Positions 20,206 through 30,194 of a stretch of DNA of 64,000 nucleotides are shown here, one piece after another. Each line of letters opens with the position of its first letter. Within the stretch, counting starts at the first letter, position 1. The notes under the pieces were generated by a model, which worked only from the letters and a program-made list of their open reading frames with translations, was not told the DNA's origin and made no database searches. Origin of the DNA: Chloroflexota bacterium (GTDB lineage Bacteria; Chloroflexota; UBA11872; VXOZ01). The stretch covers positions 3,392,001-3,456,000 of the forward strand of contig OZ244922.1 in NCBI GenBank assembly GCA_965221905.1. The letters run 5' to 3'. The translations under genes and the position numbers were made by a program.

Positions 20206-22788
20206 TTACATCTTACTGCCACCGGACGCTGCTTGCCTAGCAGATTGGGACTTGGGCGGCAGGCCGCGAAGGTGCAGGAGCGTGCCCGCTAGAAGTGCCA
20301 GCAATCCAAGTGCCGCAAGACGCAACCCGAGTGCAAATCCCGGCGGCGTGTAGCGAATCTCAACCCGCTGCGACTCCGCAGTGATCGGCACCGCCATGCC
20401 GAGCACATTCGCCGGGATGATTTTCGCCGGTTGGCCGTCTACGTGCGCTGTCCACCCATCTAGGGGCGCTTGGAGCCAGACCAGTAGGCCCGCGCCGTCG
20501 GTTCGCACCATAATCTCGGCGTGATGGTTACCCAAATTAGCGACACGCACCGTTGAGCCGGACGGCGTCAGGCGAGAGCCTAATGCAAGGTCTGGCTCGC
20601 GTTCAAGCACAAGCCCCTCCGCGCCGAGGATGGATAACGACTCGTCCAGACCGCCGGCAACCGCGTATTCTCCCGCGAGAAAGAGCAGTGGCGCGGCTTT
20701 TTCAAGTCTATACGTGTACACCGTGATCTGCCCGCCCGTCAGTGGAATGGTCTCCAGTGCAATCAGGGTGAGCAAGGGCGAATCGAGCACTTCCAGGGAT
20801 GTGATGAAGCGCACTCCCAGCTTTGCCAGTACCGGCAGGCGGCTGAGGAAAATCTCGCGTTTTGCGGCAGCATCGCGCGTGGAGTCGCCCACAAAACCGG
20901 GCGTATGGGCTCGTTCGCTCCCAATGAAGTTCAGTACTGCGTCCTGACTAGCCGTCATCAAGTTCTCGTATCCATCCAGGCTCGGAATACCGTACGCAAC
21001 ACTGCGGTTGGGAGCCAGCGCCGCAATGGTTGTCCGGTACTGTAACGAGAAGTAATCAGCGCCTGTGGGATCAAGGCTCTGCGAATTCTCGAGTTCATGG
21101 CGGAGTCCGCCCAGTCGCCATCCGAAGATTCGTCCCGGTGCGGCGTCTGCACGCACGGCCTCCACCGCCGCGGGCAAGGTATTCATGAAGCTGCGCGATA
21201 CGCTGGGCACGAGATTTCGATTGCCCACCAGCAGCGTGCCGGCCGCCACGACGACTACTAAGATGATCGGGAGCATGTGGTTCTGGCGGCGGCGCAGCCA
21301 CAGCAGGGCCAGACCCGCGCCCAGGAGCGAGAGAGCATAGAACGGCACTAGGGGTTCGTCGAGGCGCACCGACCGGCCGACCGCGGCGATCTCGTTCGCC
21401 ATTGTGTTGTAATAGAACGCCGGGCTCTGTAGTTTCGTTGGGTCGGTGAGTACAACGCGGTCGACATACGAACGGCCTGCCGCCGCAATCTGCGTATCGA
21501 ACAGTCTGAAAGCGAGGGTGGCAAGGAGACCGCCAAGCGCGAGAAGAGCGGATAACACAATGAACGCACGCTGGGAATAGCGGACTATGCGTCCCGCAAG
21601 CAGTGTGGTGTCAGCAAACAGCCTATCTACACCAAAGGCCGCGAGCAAGGCGATACTCGCATTCACGGTGACAACGGCGCGATGCGGATCGCGGAAGAAG
21701 CTGAATCCAGGGACCTGCTGGAGAAGGCCGTAGACCGGCGTATACGCGCCAAGTGCCATGATAGCGCTGGCGGTAAATGTGACTACGAAGGCGCGCACCG
21801 GCAAGCTGGACCGCCAGCCGGTAGCGCCGACAATTGCAAAGATAACCGGAAGTGCCCCCACGAATAGCAGCCCTTGCGCGGTGAGCAGACGCGGAATATG
21901 AAAATCGAGAAAGACAAACCCAAGGAGGAAAGACCAAGGCGCCACTGAGACTCCACTAGCAGAATCCCCACCGCTGCGGGCAGATTCCGCAAGCAGCGCG
22001 AGGGTGGGGAGCCAGCGGATTAGGCTAATCGCACCGCCAACTGCGAAAGCAGTTCCGAGCGAGAGTGCAAGGCGCAGACCGTGCAGGCGGCTAAGCCGCA
22101 TCGCCGCTGCGATTCGTGCAAGCGCGTACACTCCCGGCACAGCGAAGAGATAACCAAAGAGTTGTGGGTGACCGCCCAGGAGCGCCAGGGCAATCGTAAT
22201 GCCTAAGAGCGGCCACCCCCACCAGCGCCGGTCGCTGAGACTTTGGACACCCAGCAACGCCAACGGCATCAATGCGATTAGAGGAGAAATATTATCGAAG
22301 TGCAGGGTGCCGAGCGTGAAGGTATTCAGCGCATAGACGCTTCCTCCCAGATAGGCCGCGACCGGACGAATGCCCAACACGCGCAAAAAAGTGTATAGTC
22401 CCAATGCGCCGATGCAGAGGTGGACTATCATTGAGACTGCGTAGCCCGTGGACGAGGGCAGCAGCAGGAGAAAAGGCCAGTGCAACGGGTAAAACCACGA
22501 ATACTCGCTGAAGGCGATGGGAAAGCCCCCCAGGATGTCTGACGTCCAGAAAGGGAATTCGCCGCTGCGAATGTGCTTTGCCAGCCACTCGGCCCAAACC
22601 TGGTGCGCAAGAATCAGGTCGCCATTCAGCCAGTGCTCACCCAGCGCCAGCAGACGCCAAAACGGCCACAGACAAAGGAGCACAAGCGCCACAACGGCGT
22701 AGCGGTCCGCGTTGCCCTTGCCGCTGAGGCGCTGCAGGAGAAGCTCGATTCTTTGCGTCACGAGTGGGAGTGAAGCTGGCTGCCGCAT
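20206..22788 (-). CDS. YfhO-family multi-pass membrane (GT-C) glycosyltransferase
   Basis: Many TMs, P.W...GFP, YPL, C-terminal GWTAHVDG...RYTPPGF. Confidence 0.8.
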   Translation of the reverse strand: MRQPASLPLVTQRIELLLQRLSGKGNADRYAVVALVLLCLWPFWRLLALGEHWLNGDLILAHQVWAEWLAKHIRSGEFPFWTSDILGGFPIAFSEYSWFYPLHWPFLLLLPSSTGYAVSMIVHLCIGALGLYTFLRVLGIRPVAAYLGGSVYALNTFTLGTLHFDNISPLIALMPLALLGVQSLSDRRWWGWPLLGITIALALLGGHPQLFGYLFAVPGVYALARIAAAMRLSRLHGLRLALSLGTAFAVGGAISLIRWLPTLALLAESARSGGDSASGVSVAPWSFLLGFVFLDFHIPRLLTAQGLLFVGALPVIFAIVGATGWRSSLPVRAFVVTFTASAIMALGAYTPVYGLLQQVPGFSFFRDPHRAVVTVNASIALLAAFGVDRLFADTTLLAGRIVRYSQRAFIVLSALLALGGLLATLAFRLFDTQIAAAGRSYVDRVVLTDPTKLQSPAFYYNTMANEIAAVGRSVRLDEPLVPFYALSLLGAGLALLWLRRRQNHMLPIILVVVVAAGTLLVGNRNLVPSVSRSFMNTLPAAVEAVRADAAPGRIFGWRLGGLRHELENSQSLDPTGADYFSLQYRTTIAALAPNRSVAYGIPSLDGYENLMTASQDAVLNFIGSERAHTPGFVGDSTRDAAAKREIFLSRLPVLAKLGVRFITSLEVLDSPLLTLIALETIPLTGGQITVYTYRLEKAAPLLFLAGEYAVAGGLDESLSILGAEGLVLEREPDLALGSRLTPSGSTVRVANLGNHHAEIMVRTDGAGLLVWLQAPLDGWTAHVDGQPAKIIPANVLGMAVPITAESQRVEIRYTPPGFALGLRLAALGLLALLAGTLLHLRGLPPKSQSARQAASGGSKM

Positions 22789-23002
22789 GTCTGTAATTAT
22801 GACACGATAGATTCAGGAAGTTGAATTAGACCTACCCCTTCATGAGGTTCCGCCGCGTCCGCGCACAGCGCTAAGCGCGCTTTACGGGCAACGAAGGGGT
22901 TTCCCAATACGAGCCTGAACGTTGAGCCGCAGCATTGAGATAGCTTATAGTATTAGTCAGTACAGATGAATAATTGAGATAACGAATTAAGGACCCATTG
23001 CG

Positions 23003-23287
23003 ATGGGAGTGAGAGTATATATTCCGACGCCCTATCGTCGTTTCACCGGCAACCAATCGCGAGTGGAAATTGAAGCGACAACGGTAGAACAGCTTCTCCA
23101 GGAACTGGAGCGACAATTTCCCGGCATCGGCGCACAGATCGCAGACGAAAACGGTGACATTCCCGGCTACCTCAACGTCTACGTAAACACTGAAGAAGTG
23201 CGCACCCTCCAAGGCAAAGACACAGCCCTCGCGGACGGCGACGAAATCTCGGTGATCCCCGCCATGGCGGGGGGAGCAAGAGCGTAG
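23003..23287 (+). CDS. MoaD/ThiS/CysO-like sulfur-carrier (ubiquitin-like) protein
   Basis: IPTPYR, NVYVN.EE, DGDEISVIPAMAGG followed by ARA. Confidence 0.85.
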   Translation: MGVRVYIPTPYRRFTGNQSRVEIEATTVEQLLQELERQFPGIGAQIADENGDIPGYLNVYVNTEEVRTLQGKDTALADGDEISVIPAMAGGARA

Positions 23288-23593
23288 CATCAGCTATTTG
23301 CTTCCGTTGCGCTTGCACAGAGGCCAATGAATATCGGCTCCAAGTGGATGCTTGTGTGGAGCCATAGCATTCTCGTTCGCTAACCAGAAACGCGTGGATG
23401 TCACTGATTCCTGGTTTGGTGGGCTGCAATTGAAATTCAACTCATGCTTTCGGCCTTTTCTCGCACTGCCTTCTTGTGCAAGGGTTGGCTCCACGTAGAT
23501 CTAATCGACGGCGCTTTGCTATAAAAGACAACCGGCTTCTTGCGGCGCCGCACATCGCTGCTCACTGCTACTTAGACCCACAAGAGACCTGGA

Positions 23594-25879
23594 ATGAGTG
23601 CCAAGGGCTTTAATCCTATGCGCCGACAGTTCTATTCACTCAAGCTGGCGCACGCACTCTTCGTGTCACTGCCAAATTGGATGGCAGCTGGAATAAGTTC
23701 TCTGCGCAATGAGACCGTGAAATGGGCCTTCCTTCTGGGAGGCGCGGCATTTCTGTTGTCATCGCTCTTTGTCTTCCTCGTCGCGCAGCCAACGATCGAT
23801 GTGGTGGATGGCCCAATCTACCACACGATTGGCTACCACTTGGCGCAAGAATTTCAGTACAACGGGGGAGCGTATCCTTATCCGCTCTACCCCATCTTTC
23901 TCGCGGTCATCTATGCGCTGGGGGGAGCCTACTTCGCCGTCTATCTTGTGCAAGGACTGCTTCTTGCTCTAACTGTCGGTCTTAGCTACTGGTTGGCACG
24001 TCACCTGGCCGGCCACGGCGCCGGATTGTTTGCTGCGCTGCTTGTAACGCTCGATGCGACGTTGTTGGGAAACGTCGGACTGATTGCTACCGAGAATCTG
24101 CAAACACCGCTGCTTTTGTTGGCGGTGATTCTTTCTCTTCATTCGTTGGGTCAAGAGAGGGCACGCTACCACATAGGAGCGGGAGTTCTATGGGGTATAG
24201 TGACCCTGGTAAAACCCGCAACGCTTCTCTGGCCGCCTTTACTCTTGCCGGTTTACCTTGTCACTAGAGGTCGCCTCGGATGGCGGCCATGGCTCTTACT
24301 TGTGCTTGCTTTCATGCTGACTCTTTCGCCTTGGCTGCTGCGGAACCAGCTTGCATCGGATGCGACGGAAACGGGCCAATTCTACAATCTCAACAAAGAG
24401 GGCTATTCTACCCTGTTAATGCACATTGCTGACGAAGGTGAGGTGAAGTATGACGCGAATCAGTTGTGGCCAAAGCTACAAGCTATGGTCGAGGAGGCGC
24501 GAGCACAAAGTATTGAGCCCGGATCTACGGAGTTTGAACTCTATACACTGCGTCTACTTTGGCAACGGATTGGGCATTCACCGAGAGCGTATTTCGGGCA
24601 TCTATGGAGTAACTTTTCATACTTCTGGACAGAGCCGCCGATAGTTTGGGTAGTTTCGGTTAACAACCATCGCTTTTTGCATGGGTATCGGCAAACGCCT
24701 GGTTACGGCGAACACGCCCGATTACATATGGCTTTAGCGCTAATGGGGCTTCTCTCAATATTGCTTCTGTACCGACAAAGACCGCGTGCAGCTTTATGTA
24801 TCACAGCCTTTCTCCTCTACTATGCACTCTTTTACACCATGTACATAGTGGAGCCTCGTTTCAGTGTGCCCGTAATGCCACTGACGCTCGTTTGCGCGGC
24901 AGTGTGTCCCACATTGGCGGTCAATGCCCTCAAGGAAAGATTTGAAGGTCTTCGAGTACTTGGCAACGTGTGCTTGGCAGCGATCGCCGTGGGGCTTGTG
25001 ACCGGCGTGGCAGTCCATCAGATTCTGCAAAGACCGAACTATATTCAGGGGGACTCTTTTGAGACACCCCAAGCGGAGGAGGAATGGGTGTTTGTGGAAC
25101 AGCTTGGTGAACCCAGAGCCCCGCTGGTAGTGGATCCTTATCACGCGCGTGATGGCTTTCAGTCTGCCGTGTTGCACATTGGTCCAAATGAGCGTGGTGC
25201 CGAGACACGGTTCTTTCAAGAGGCAATCGTTTGGTTCGATACGAATTATCGGCTTAAGTTTTCCTATCTCGTTACTGAGGGTAAACCGCAGTTTTACGTC
25301 CTGGTGCTGGAATGGGACGCTTTCAAGGAGGGATGGAAGGAGGTGGGGAAGGAATTTCTACCAGTGGTATCGAACATATGGTCGGAGTATGAGTACGAAT
25401 TCGAGGTCAGCGGTTCGGCGCGGATGGTTTCGGTGTTTTTTGGACTATATATCGAGCCGGGCACGGTATTGATAGATAACGTTAGTCTGGAACTAGCCGA
25501 GCCGATCGGCGAGATAGCGCGGCGACAGTATTTATTGACTGATCCGATGACAGTCAATCGGTTTAACTACTTGCCGTTGGAGATGTGGGTAAATACGCAA
25601 CCTGAAGAGAATCGGACCTTCCTGCTCAACAATCCAAATGTCTCACAAGAGAACGGCTGGCGGGGCAGTGATGCGGGACTTGAGAGAGTGCCGTACATTG
25701 TAGGCGCGGTAGTGATGGTAGTTTGGGTCTTTGTGTCGATGCTGTTCATTCGACTGCAGGTGATTAGGTTGATTGTAAATAGGGGGCTGCTGGATTTGGC
25801 CAAGATGGGCGTCATAGTTGTGATAGTGGCAGCACAAGCTGCGACATGTTATCTGCTGCTCTTTAGTCGCCCCCAATAG
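23594..25879 (+). CDS. ArnT/PMT-like (GT-C) membrane glycosyltransferase with C-terminal carbohydrate-binding-like domain
   Basis: DG..YH, PLYP.FLA, TE.L, LVKP, PRF motifs; IDNVSL at end of soluble domain. Confidence 0.7.
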   Translation: MSAKGFNPMRRQFYSLKLAHALFVSLPNWMAAGISSLRNETVKWAFLLGGAAFLLSSLFVFLVAQPTIDVVDGPIYHTIGYHLAQEFQYNGGAYPYPLYPIFLAVIYALGGAYFAVYLVQGLLLALTVGLSYWLARHLAGHGAGLFAALLVTLDATLLGNVGLIATENLQTPLLLLAVILSLHSLGQERARYHIGAGVLWGIVTLVKPATLLWPPLLLPVYLVTRGRLGWRPWLLLVLAFMLTLSPWLLRNQLASDATETGQFYNLNKEGYSTLLMHIADEGEVKYDANQLWPKLQAMVEEARAQSIEPGSTEFELYTLRLLWQRIGHSPRAYFGHLWSNFSYFWTEPPIVWVVSVNNHRFLHGYRQTPGYGEHARLHMALALMGLLSILLLYRQRPRAALCITAFLLYYALFYTMYIVEPRFSVPVMPLTLVCAAVCPTLAVNALKERFEGLRVLGNVCLAAIAVGLVTGVAVHQILQRPNYIQGDSFETPQAEEEWVFVEQLGEPRAPLVVDPYHARDGFQSAVLHIGPNERGAETRFFQEAIVWFDTNYRLKFSYLVTEGKPQFYVLVLEWDAFKEGWKEVGKEFLPVVSNIWSEYEYEFEVSGSARMVSVFFGLYIEPGTVLIDNVSLELAEPIGEIARRQYLLTDPMTVNRFNYLPLEMWVNTQPEENRTFLLNNPNVSQENGWRGSDAGLERVPYIVGAVVMVVWVFVSMLFIRLQVIRLIVNRGLLDLAKMGVIVVIVAAQAATCYLLLFSRPQ

Positions 25880-26118
25880 GCTTCCGAACGAGGGTTGTTT
25901 GAGAAGTGTCATTCATGACAGGTGTCTGCTTCCGGAGCTTCCCCTTCAAAATTCGTCTACTCTCCTAATTGTCCTAGAGTACTGATTCATTCGCTAGCGC
26001 ATCGATTGTTTCGCCGAGACAACGTTGGACAGGCCTCGGCCCTTCTCCTAGAATGGCAAGTGGATCAGCAGATTCCCTATTGCTCGTGTGACAGTTGCAG
26101 GATTTAAGTAGCGCATCG

Positions 26119-27414
26119 ATGATTCCCCGGTATACCCGCCCCGCAATGGGCACAATTTGGTCGGAGGAGCACAAGTTTGCCACCTGGCTCCAGGTAGAGC
26201 TTGCCGTGTGTGAAGCGTGGTCGGAGCACGGTAGGGTGCCGGCAGATGACATGGCGAAGCTACGGAAGGCTCGGCCCCCGTCCATGAAACGCATTGCGGC
26301 GATCGAGCGGGAGATCGACCACGACCTGAACGCTTTTCTCATGGCGGTAGCGGAGCAATTGGGCGACGAGAGCCGGTTTCTCCACCTGGGCTTGACCTCC
26401 TACGACGTGGAAGACACGGCGACCGGTATGCGTTTGCGGGACGCCGCCGATCTGCTGCTGGAAGGTATCGCCGCGCTGACACAAGTGCTGGAAGAAGCAG
26501 CGGTTGCCTACAAAGACGTGCCGCAGATAGGGCGCACCCACGGCGTGCAGGCCGAGCCGATTACGTTTGGCTATAAGCTGCTCGTTTGGGTGGATGAGAT
26601 GCGCCGCAACCGGCGGCGGCTGGAAGTGGCGCGGGCGCAGGTGGCGGTGGGCAAGGTTTCCGGCGCGGTGGGCACCCACGCCAACGTGCCGCCGGAGATC
26701 GAGGACCGCGTGTGCGCCATGCTCGGCCTGGCGGTTGCGCCCACCTCGACGCAGATTATCCAAAGGGACCGCCATGCTGATTTCGTCACCACGCTGGCGG
26801 TGATTGCCGCCTCACTTGAGAAGTTTTCCACCGAAATTCGCAACCTGCAGCGCACCGAGATCTTGGAGGTGGAAGAACCCTTCGAGCGCGGACGCGTAGG
26901 CTCCTCCGCTATGCCGCACAAACGAAACCCCGCCCGCTGCGAGCGTATTTCCGGCCTGGCGCGCTTGATGCGGTCCTATGCGCTCACGGCGCTGGAGAAC
27001 GTGGCGCTCTGGCACGAACGGGACATTACCAACTCCGCTCCCGAGCGCGTCATCCTGCCCGATTCGTGCACTATCCTCGACTATATGCTCGATCTATTCA
27101 CCCGCGTCATGGCGGATCTCCGCGTGTACCCCGAGAATATGGCAAGGAATATCGAGCAGACTCGCGGTCTCGTCTTTAGCGAGGCGGTGCTCTTGGCGCT
27201 GATCGACCACGGACTCACGCGGCAGAATGCCTACGCCATTGTGCAGGAACACGCCACTGCGGCGTGGGAGACGGGCGCGGACTTCGCCGCCCTCCTGAAA
27301 GGCGATCCGCGGGTACGCGTGCACCTGGATGAGGCTGAGATCGACGCGCTCTTTGACGCGCGCCACCACCTGCGCCACATCGATGCGTCATTTGAGCGCA
27401 TGGGGTTGTCCTAG
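26119..27414 (+). CDS. purB: Adenylosuccinate lyase
   Basis: GRTHG, GSSAMPHKRNP, WHERDI. Confidence 0.97.
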   Translation: MIPRYTRPAMGTIWSEEHKFATWLQVELAVCEAWSEHGRVPADDMAKLRKARPPSMKRIAAIEREIDHDLNAFLMAVAEQLGDESRFLHLGLTSYDVEDTATGMRLRDAADLLLEGIAALTQVLEEAAVAYKDVPQIGRTHGVQAEPITFGYKLLVWVDEMRRNRRRLEVARAQVAVGKVSGAVGTHANVPPEIEDRVCAMLGLAVAPTSTQIIQRDRHADFVTTLAVIAASLEKFSTEIRNLQRTEILEVEEPFERGRVGSSAMPHKRNPARCERISGLARLMRSYALTALENVALWHERDITNSAPERVILPDSCTILDYMLDLFTRVMADLRVYPENMARNIEQTRGLVFSEAVLLALIDHGLTRQNAYAIVQEHATAAWETGADFAALLKGDPRVRVHLDEAEIDALFDARHHLRHIDASFERMGLS

Positions 27415-27487
27415 TAATCGCTGTCGCGCGGGGTAAAGTACTCTGAGTCCGATGCCGCTTGTCGGCCGCGATTGGCGATGGCTTCCC

Positions 27488-27604
27488 GGCGGGGGACAAG
27501 CCTCCGCGCTACGGTCTCAGATACGTCTTTCCCGCGAAAGCAGGAATCCATCTTCTCTGCGCCACCTACCACCGACCCCGGCGGGGGACAAGCCCCCGCG
27601 CTAC
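27488..27604. repeat. REP-like family G (GCGGGGGACAAGCCCCCGCGCTAC) x2; other copies ~43345, ~59465
   Basis: Recurrent hairpin downstream of purB. Confidence 0.7.
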
Positions 27605-27919
27605 AGGCTTACTTTGAGTTGAAGTAGCACATCTACCGTTCGTGCTGAGCCTGTCGAAGTACGAACGGCATGACGGGCTCAACACGAGCGGCAAAGTAGG
27701 CTTGGCACGTACGGCAAGTCAGGCTCAATACGAACGAAAAAAGAACGCGCCAAGAACGGTAAAAAGGCTTCAGCACGCACCGCAACTAGCAACCCACCAA
27801 GAACTGCATGATGGGTTTGACGCGGACTTCAGAATACGGTGTAAAGCCAACGTCAAGAAGGGAACGACCCGAATTGCAAAACGGGAATCACACCCTTAAT
27901 CGGGTCTCCATATCTCGGC

Positions 27920-28714
27920 CTATTCGTCGTGAGGCGCCGGCTCGATGATGGTGCAATAGGCCCCTTGCGGATCGCAGATGAATGCGAATTGCCCCACGCC
28001 ATCCACCGCCATGGCAGGGGAAATCTTTTGCCCGCCGAGGCTTTGCAATTTCTCTAGTGAAGCGTCCAAGTTGGCAACAGCGAGGTAGATAGACCAATTG
28101 GGGGGAATCGGTCCCCATTCCTCCCGAATCGCCATCATGCCCGCAGCCGGTCTATCGCCAAGACTAAACAGATTATACTCGCTGCCGTCGCCGCTCTGCG
28201 TCTTCTCCACCGACCAGCCGAAGAGGCTCGTGTAGAACTGCGCAGCGGCTGCGGTGTCGCGAGTATACAGTTCGTTCCACGCCAGCGCGCCCGGCTCGCC
28301 AAAGACCTCGGCGCCGATCTGGTTGAGAGGCTGCCACACCGAAAACCCGGCGCCGGTGGGGTCCTGGGCGACGAGCAGCCGTCCCGCGTCCATGACGTCA
28401 ACCGGCTCCTGCGCCACCGTGCCGCCCAGCTTCTTGACTGCGGCCGACGTTTCGTCGGCGCTCTCCACCGTGAAGTAGCTCTGCCACACCGGCCGGCCGC
28501 CGGTCATCTGCTTCATCTCTGCCGGCATCGTGTAGAGCGAAAAGACGTTCTTGCCTCGCTTCCGGAGCATGCAGAAATCCACGCCGTTGGGAAGCGGCAT
28601 GACGTTTGCTTCTAGGTCCAGAAACGCCGTATAGAATTGCTTGGAGCCTGCAAAATCGGGCGTTCCCAAATCCGCCCAACTGAACATGCCGGGTTCATGC
28701 TTCGTTACGTCCAT
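27920..28714 (-). CDS. VOC/glyoxalase family, two-domain (CFP32-like)
   Basis: PGMFSWADL, DPTGA, WNEL.T, DPQGA. Confidence 0.9.
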   Translation of the reverse strand: MDVTKHEPGMFSWADLGTPDFAGSKQFYTAFLDLEANVMPLPNGVDFCMLRKRGKNVFSLYTMPAEMKQMTGGRPVWQSYFTVESADETSAAVKKLGGTVAQEPVDVMDAGRLLVAQDPTGAGFSVWQPLNQIGAEVFGEPGALAWNELYTRDTAAAAQFYTSLFGWSVEKTQSGDGSEYNLFSLGDRPAAGMMAIREEWGPIPPNWSIYLAVANLDASLEKLQSLGGQKISPAMAVDGVGQFAFICDPQGAYCTIIEPAPHDE

Positions 28715-28826
28715 CGTCACCTCGTTTTGGTAGTGCGTGTCACTGTGTGAACTGGTTAATCCCACACAGTATATAGTAGAACCTGAAGATTGAGACGGGC
28801 AACAAGACTGGAGAATTTGGCTCAAT

Positions 28827-29708
28827 ATGGATGACGTAATTCTGGAAACGGCGCTCCCCATACCCCTGTTCGCGCGCGGGAAAGTGCGCGACATGTACGA
28901 TCTCGGCGACCGGTTGCTGATCGTCACGACCGATCGCATTTCGGCCTTTGACGTGGTGCTGCCGTTGGGGATTCCTGAGAAAGGCCGGGTGCTCAATCAA
29001 CTCTCTGCATTTTGGTTCCAGCGCATGGGACACCTCATCCCAAACCACCTCATCACCACAGACGTAGCGGCATACCCGGCTGCACTGCAGGCCGACCGTG
29101 AAATGCTGGCGGGGCGCAGCATGCTAGTGCGCAAAGCAGAGCGGATCGATGCCGAGTGCGTGGTGCGGGGCTATCTCGCGGGTACCGGCTGGCGCGACTA
29201 CGTACGCACCGGTGAAGTCTGCGGCCACAAACTGCCACCGGGTATGGTGGAGAGCCAGGAGTTTTCTGAGCCCATCTTTACGCCCGCTGCTAAGGCCGAG
29301 ACCGGCCACGACGAGAACATTTCGCGCACAGAACTGGCCTCGTGTATCGGCACGGAGCTCGCGGCACGCCTCGAAGAGGCATCGCTTGCCATCTACAACT
29401 TCGGGCGCGCAGAGGCCCGAAAGGCCGGCCTGATCGTGGCTGATACGAAATTCGAGTTCGGCCTGTGCGGAGACGAGCTAATTCTGATCGACGAGGCATT
29501 TACGCCGGATTCGTCGCGCTACTGGGATACTGACATCTACGAGCCCGGTCGTCCCCAGCCGAGCTACGACAAAGAATTCGTGCGTGAGTGGCTGCGCCAG
29601 AGCGGCTGGAACATGGAACCCCCGGCCCCCATGCTACCGGACGAAATCGTGCAGAAGACGAGCGAGAAATACCAAGAAGCCCTGCGCCGCATCACGGCGA
29701 TTCCCTAG
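28827..29708 (+). CDS. purC: SAICAR synthetase
   Basis: RGKVRD, TDRISAFD, DTKFEFG, TPDSSR. Confidence 0.97.
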   Translation: MDDVILETALPIPLFARGKVRDMYDLGDRLLIVTTDRISAFDVVLPLGIPEKGRVLNQLSAFWFQRMGHLIPNHLITTDVAAYPAALQADREMLAGRSMLVRKAERIDAECVVRGYLAGTGWRDYVRTGEVCGHKLPPGMVESQEFSEPIFTPAAKAETGHDENISRTELASCIGTELAARLEEASLAIYNFGRAEARKAGLIVADTKFEFGLCGDELILIDEAFTPDSSRYWDTDIYEPGRPQPSYDKEFVREWLRQSGWNMEPPAPMLPDEIVQKTSEKYQEALRRITAIP

Positions 29709-29738
29709 AGCAACCAGACATACAATTCTGGTCAATCG

Positions 29739-30194
29739 TTACAGAATGTGTAATCTGCGCATTGTCCACTTACAAATTGAGTGCCAGACGTATTTCCACA
29801 ATACCGGTGATGTTGCGTCTTTCACTATGCAAGTGCCCAGGCCAATGACTCCGCCAAATTCCTCTGCCTTCTTGTAGCGGTCCTGGATTCGTATTCTTGT
29901 GATCCGCTCTTCAGACATGGCTGGTGCCCACTCAACCTTATTGCGTTTGATCCAGTAGTGGGATCGACACGCAATGCTCCAGTTACCAATTGACGGCTGA
30001 AGAGAAACGGACTTGCCGTCGAAGGTCATTTGCCAGTCAGTAGGGTCTAGGGGCGTGACTACTTCGATCCCGCAACCGCAACAACACTTGTGGACTACTG
30101 TTGCGAAAGGAATTGACACGTACAGTACACCCTCGACTAGGTCTTCAGGGATGAAATGAACGAACTCGTGGAAGAGAGAGTTGATTCGAGTCAC
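29739..30194 (-). CDS. DUF6527 family protein (putative Ubl-pathway peptidase)
   Basis: HKCCCGCG, SLQPSIGNW, CRSHYWI; GTG overlaps the upstream TGA. Confidence 0.8.
   Translation of the reverse strand: MTRINSLFHEFVHFIPEDLVEGVLYVSIPFATVVHKCCCGCGIEVVTPLDPTDWQMTFDGKSVSLQPSIGNWSIACRSHYWIKRNKVEWAPAMSEERITRIRIQDRYKKAEEFGGVIGLGTCIVKDATSPVLWKYVWHSICKWTMRRLHIL

Noticed and set aside
23294-23445. Possible JAB-peptidase C-terminal remnant next to the MoaD-like gene
   Set aside because: Only faint resemblance, opposite strand, no HxH motif
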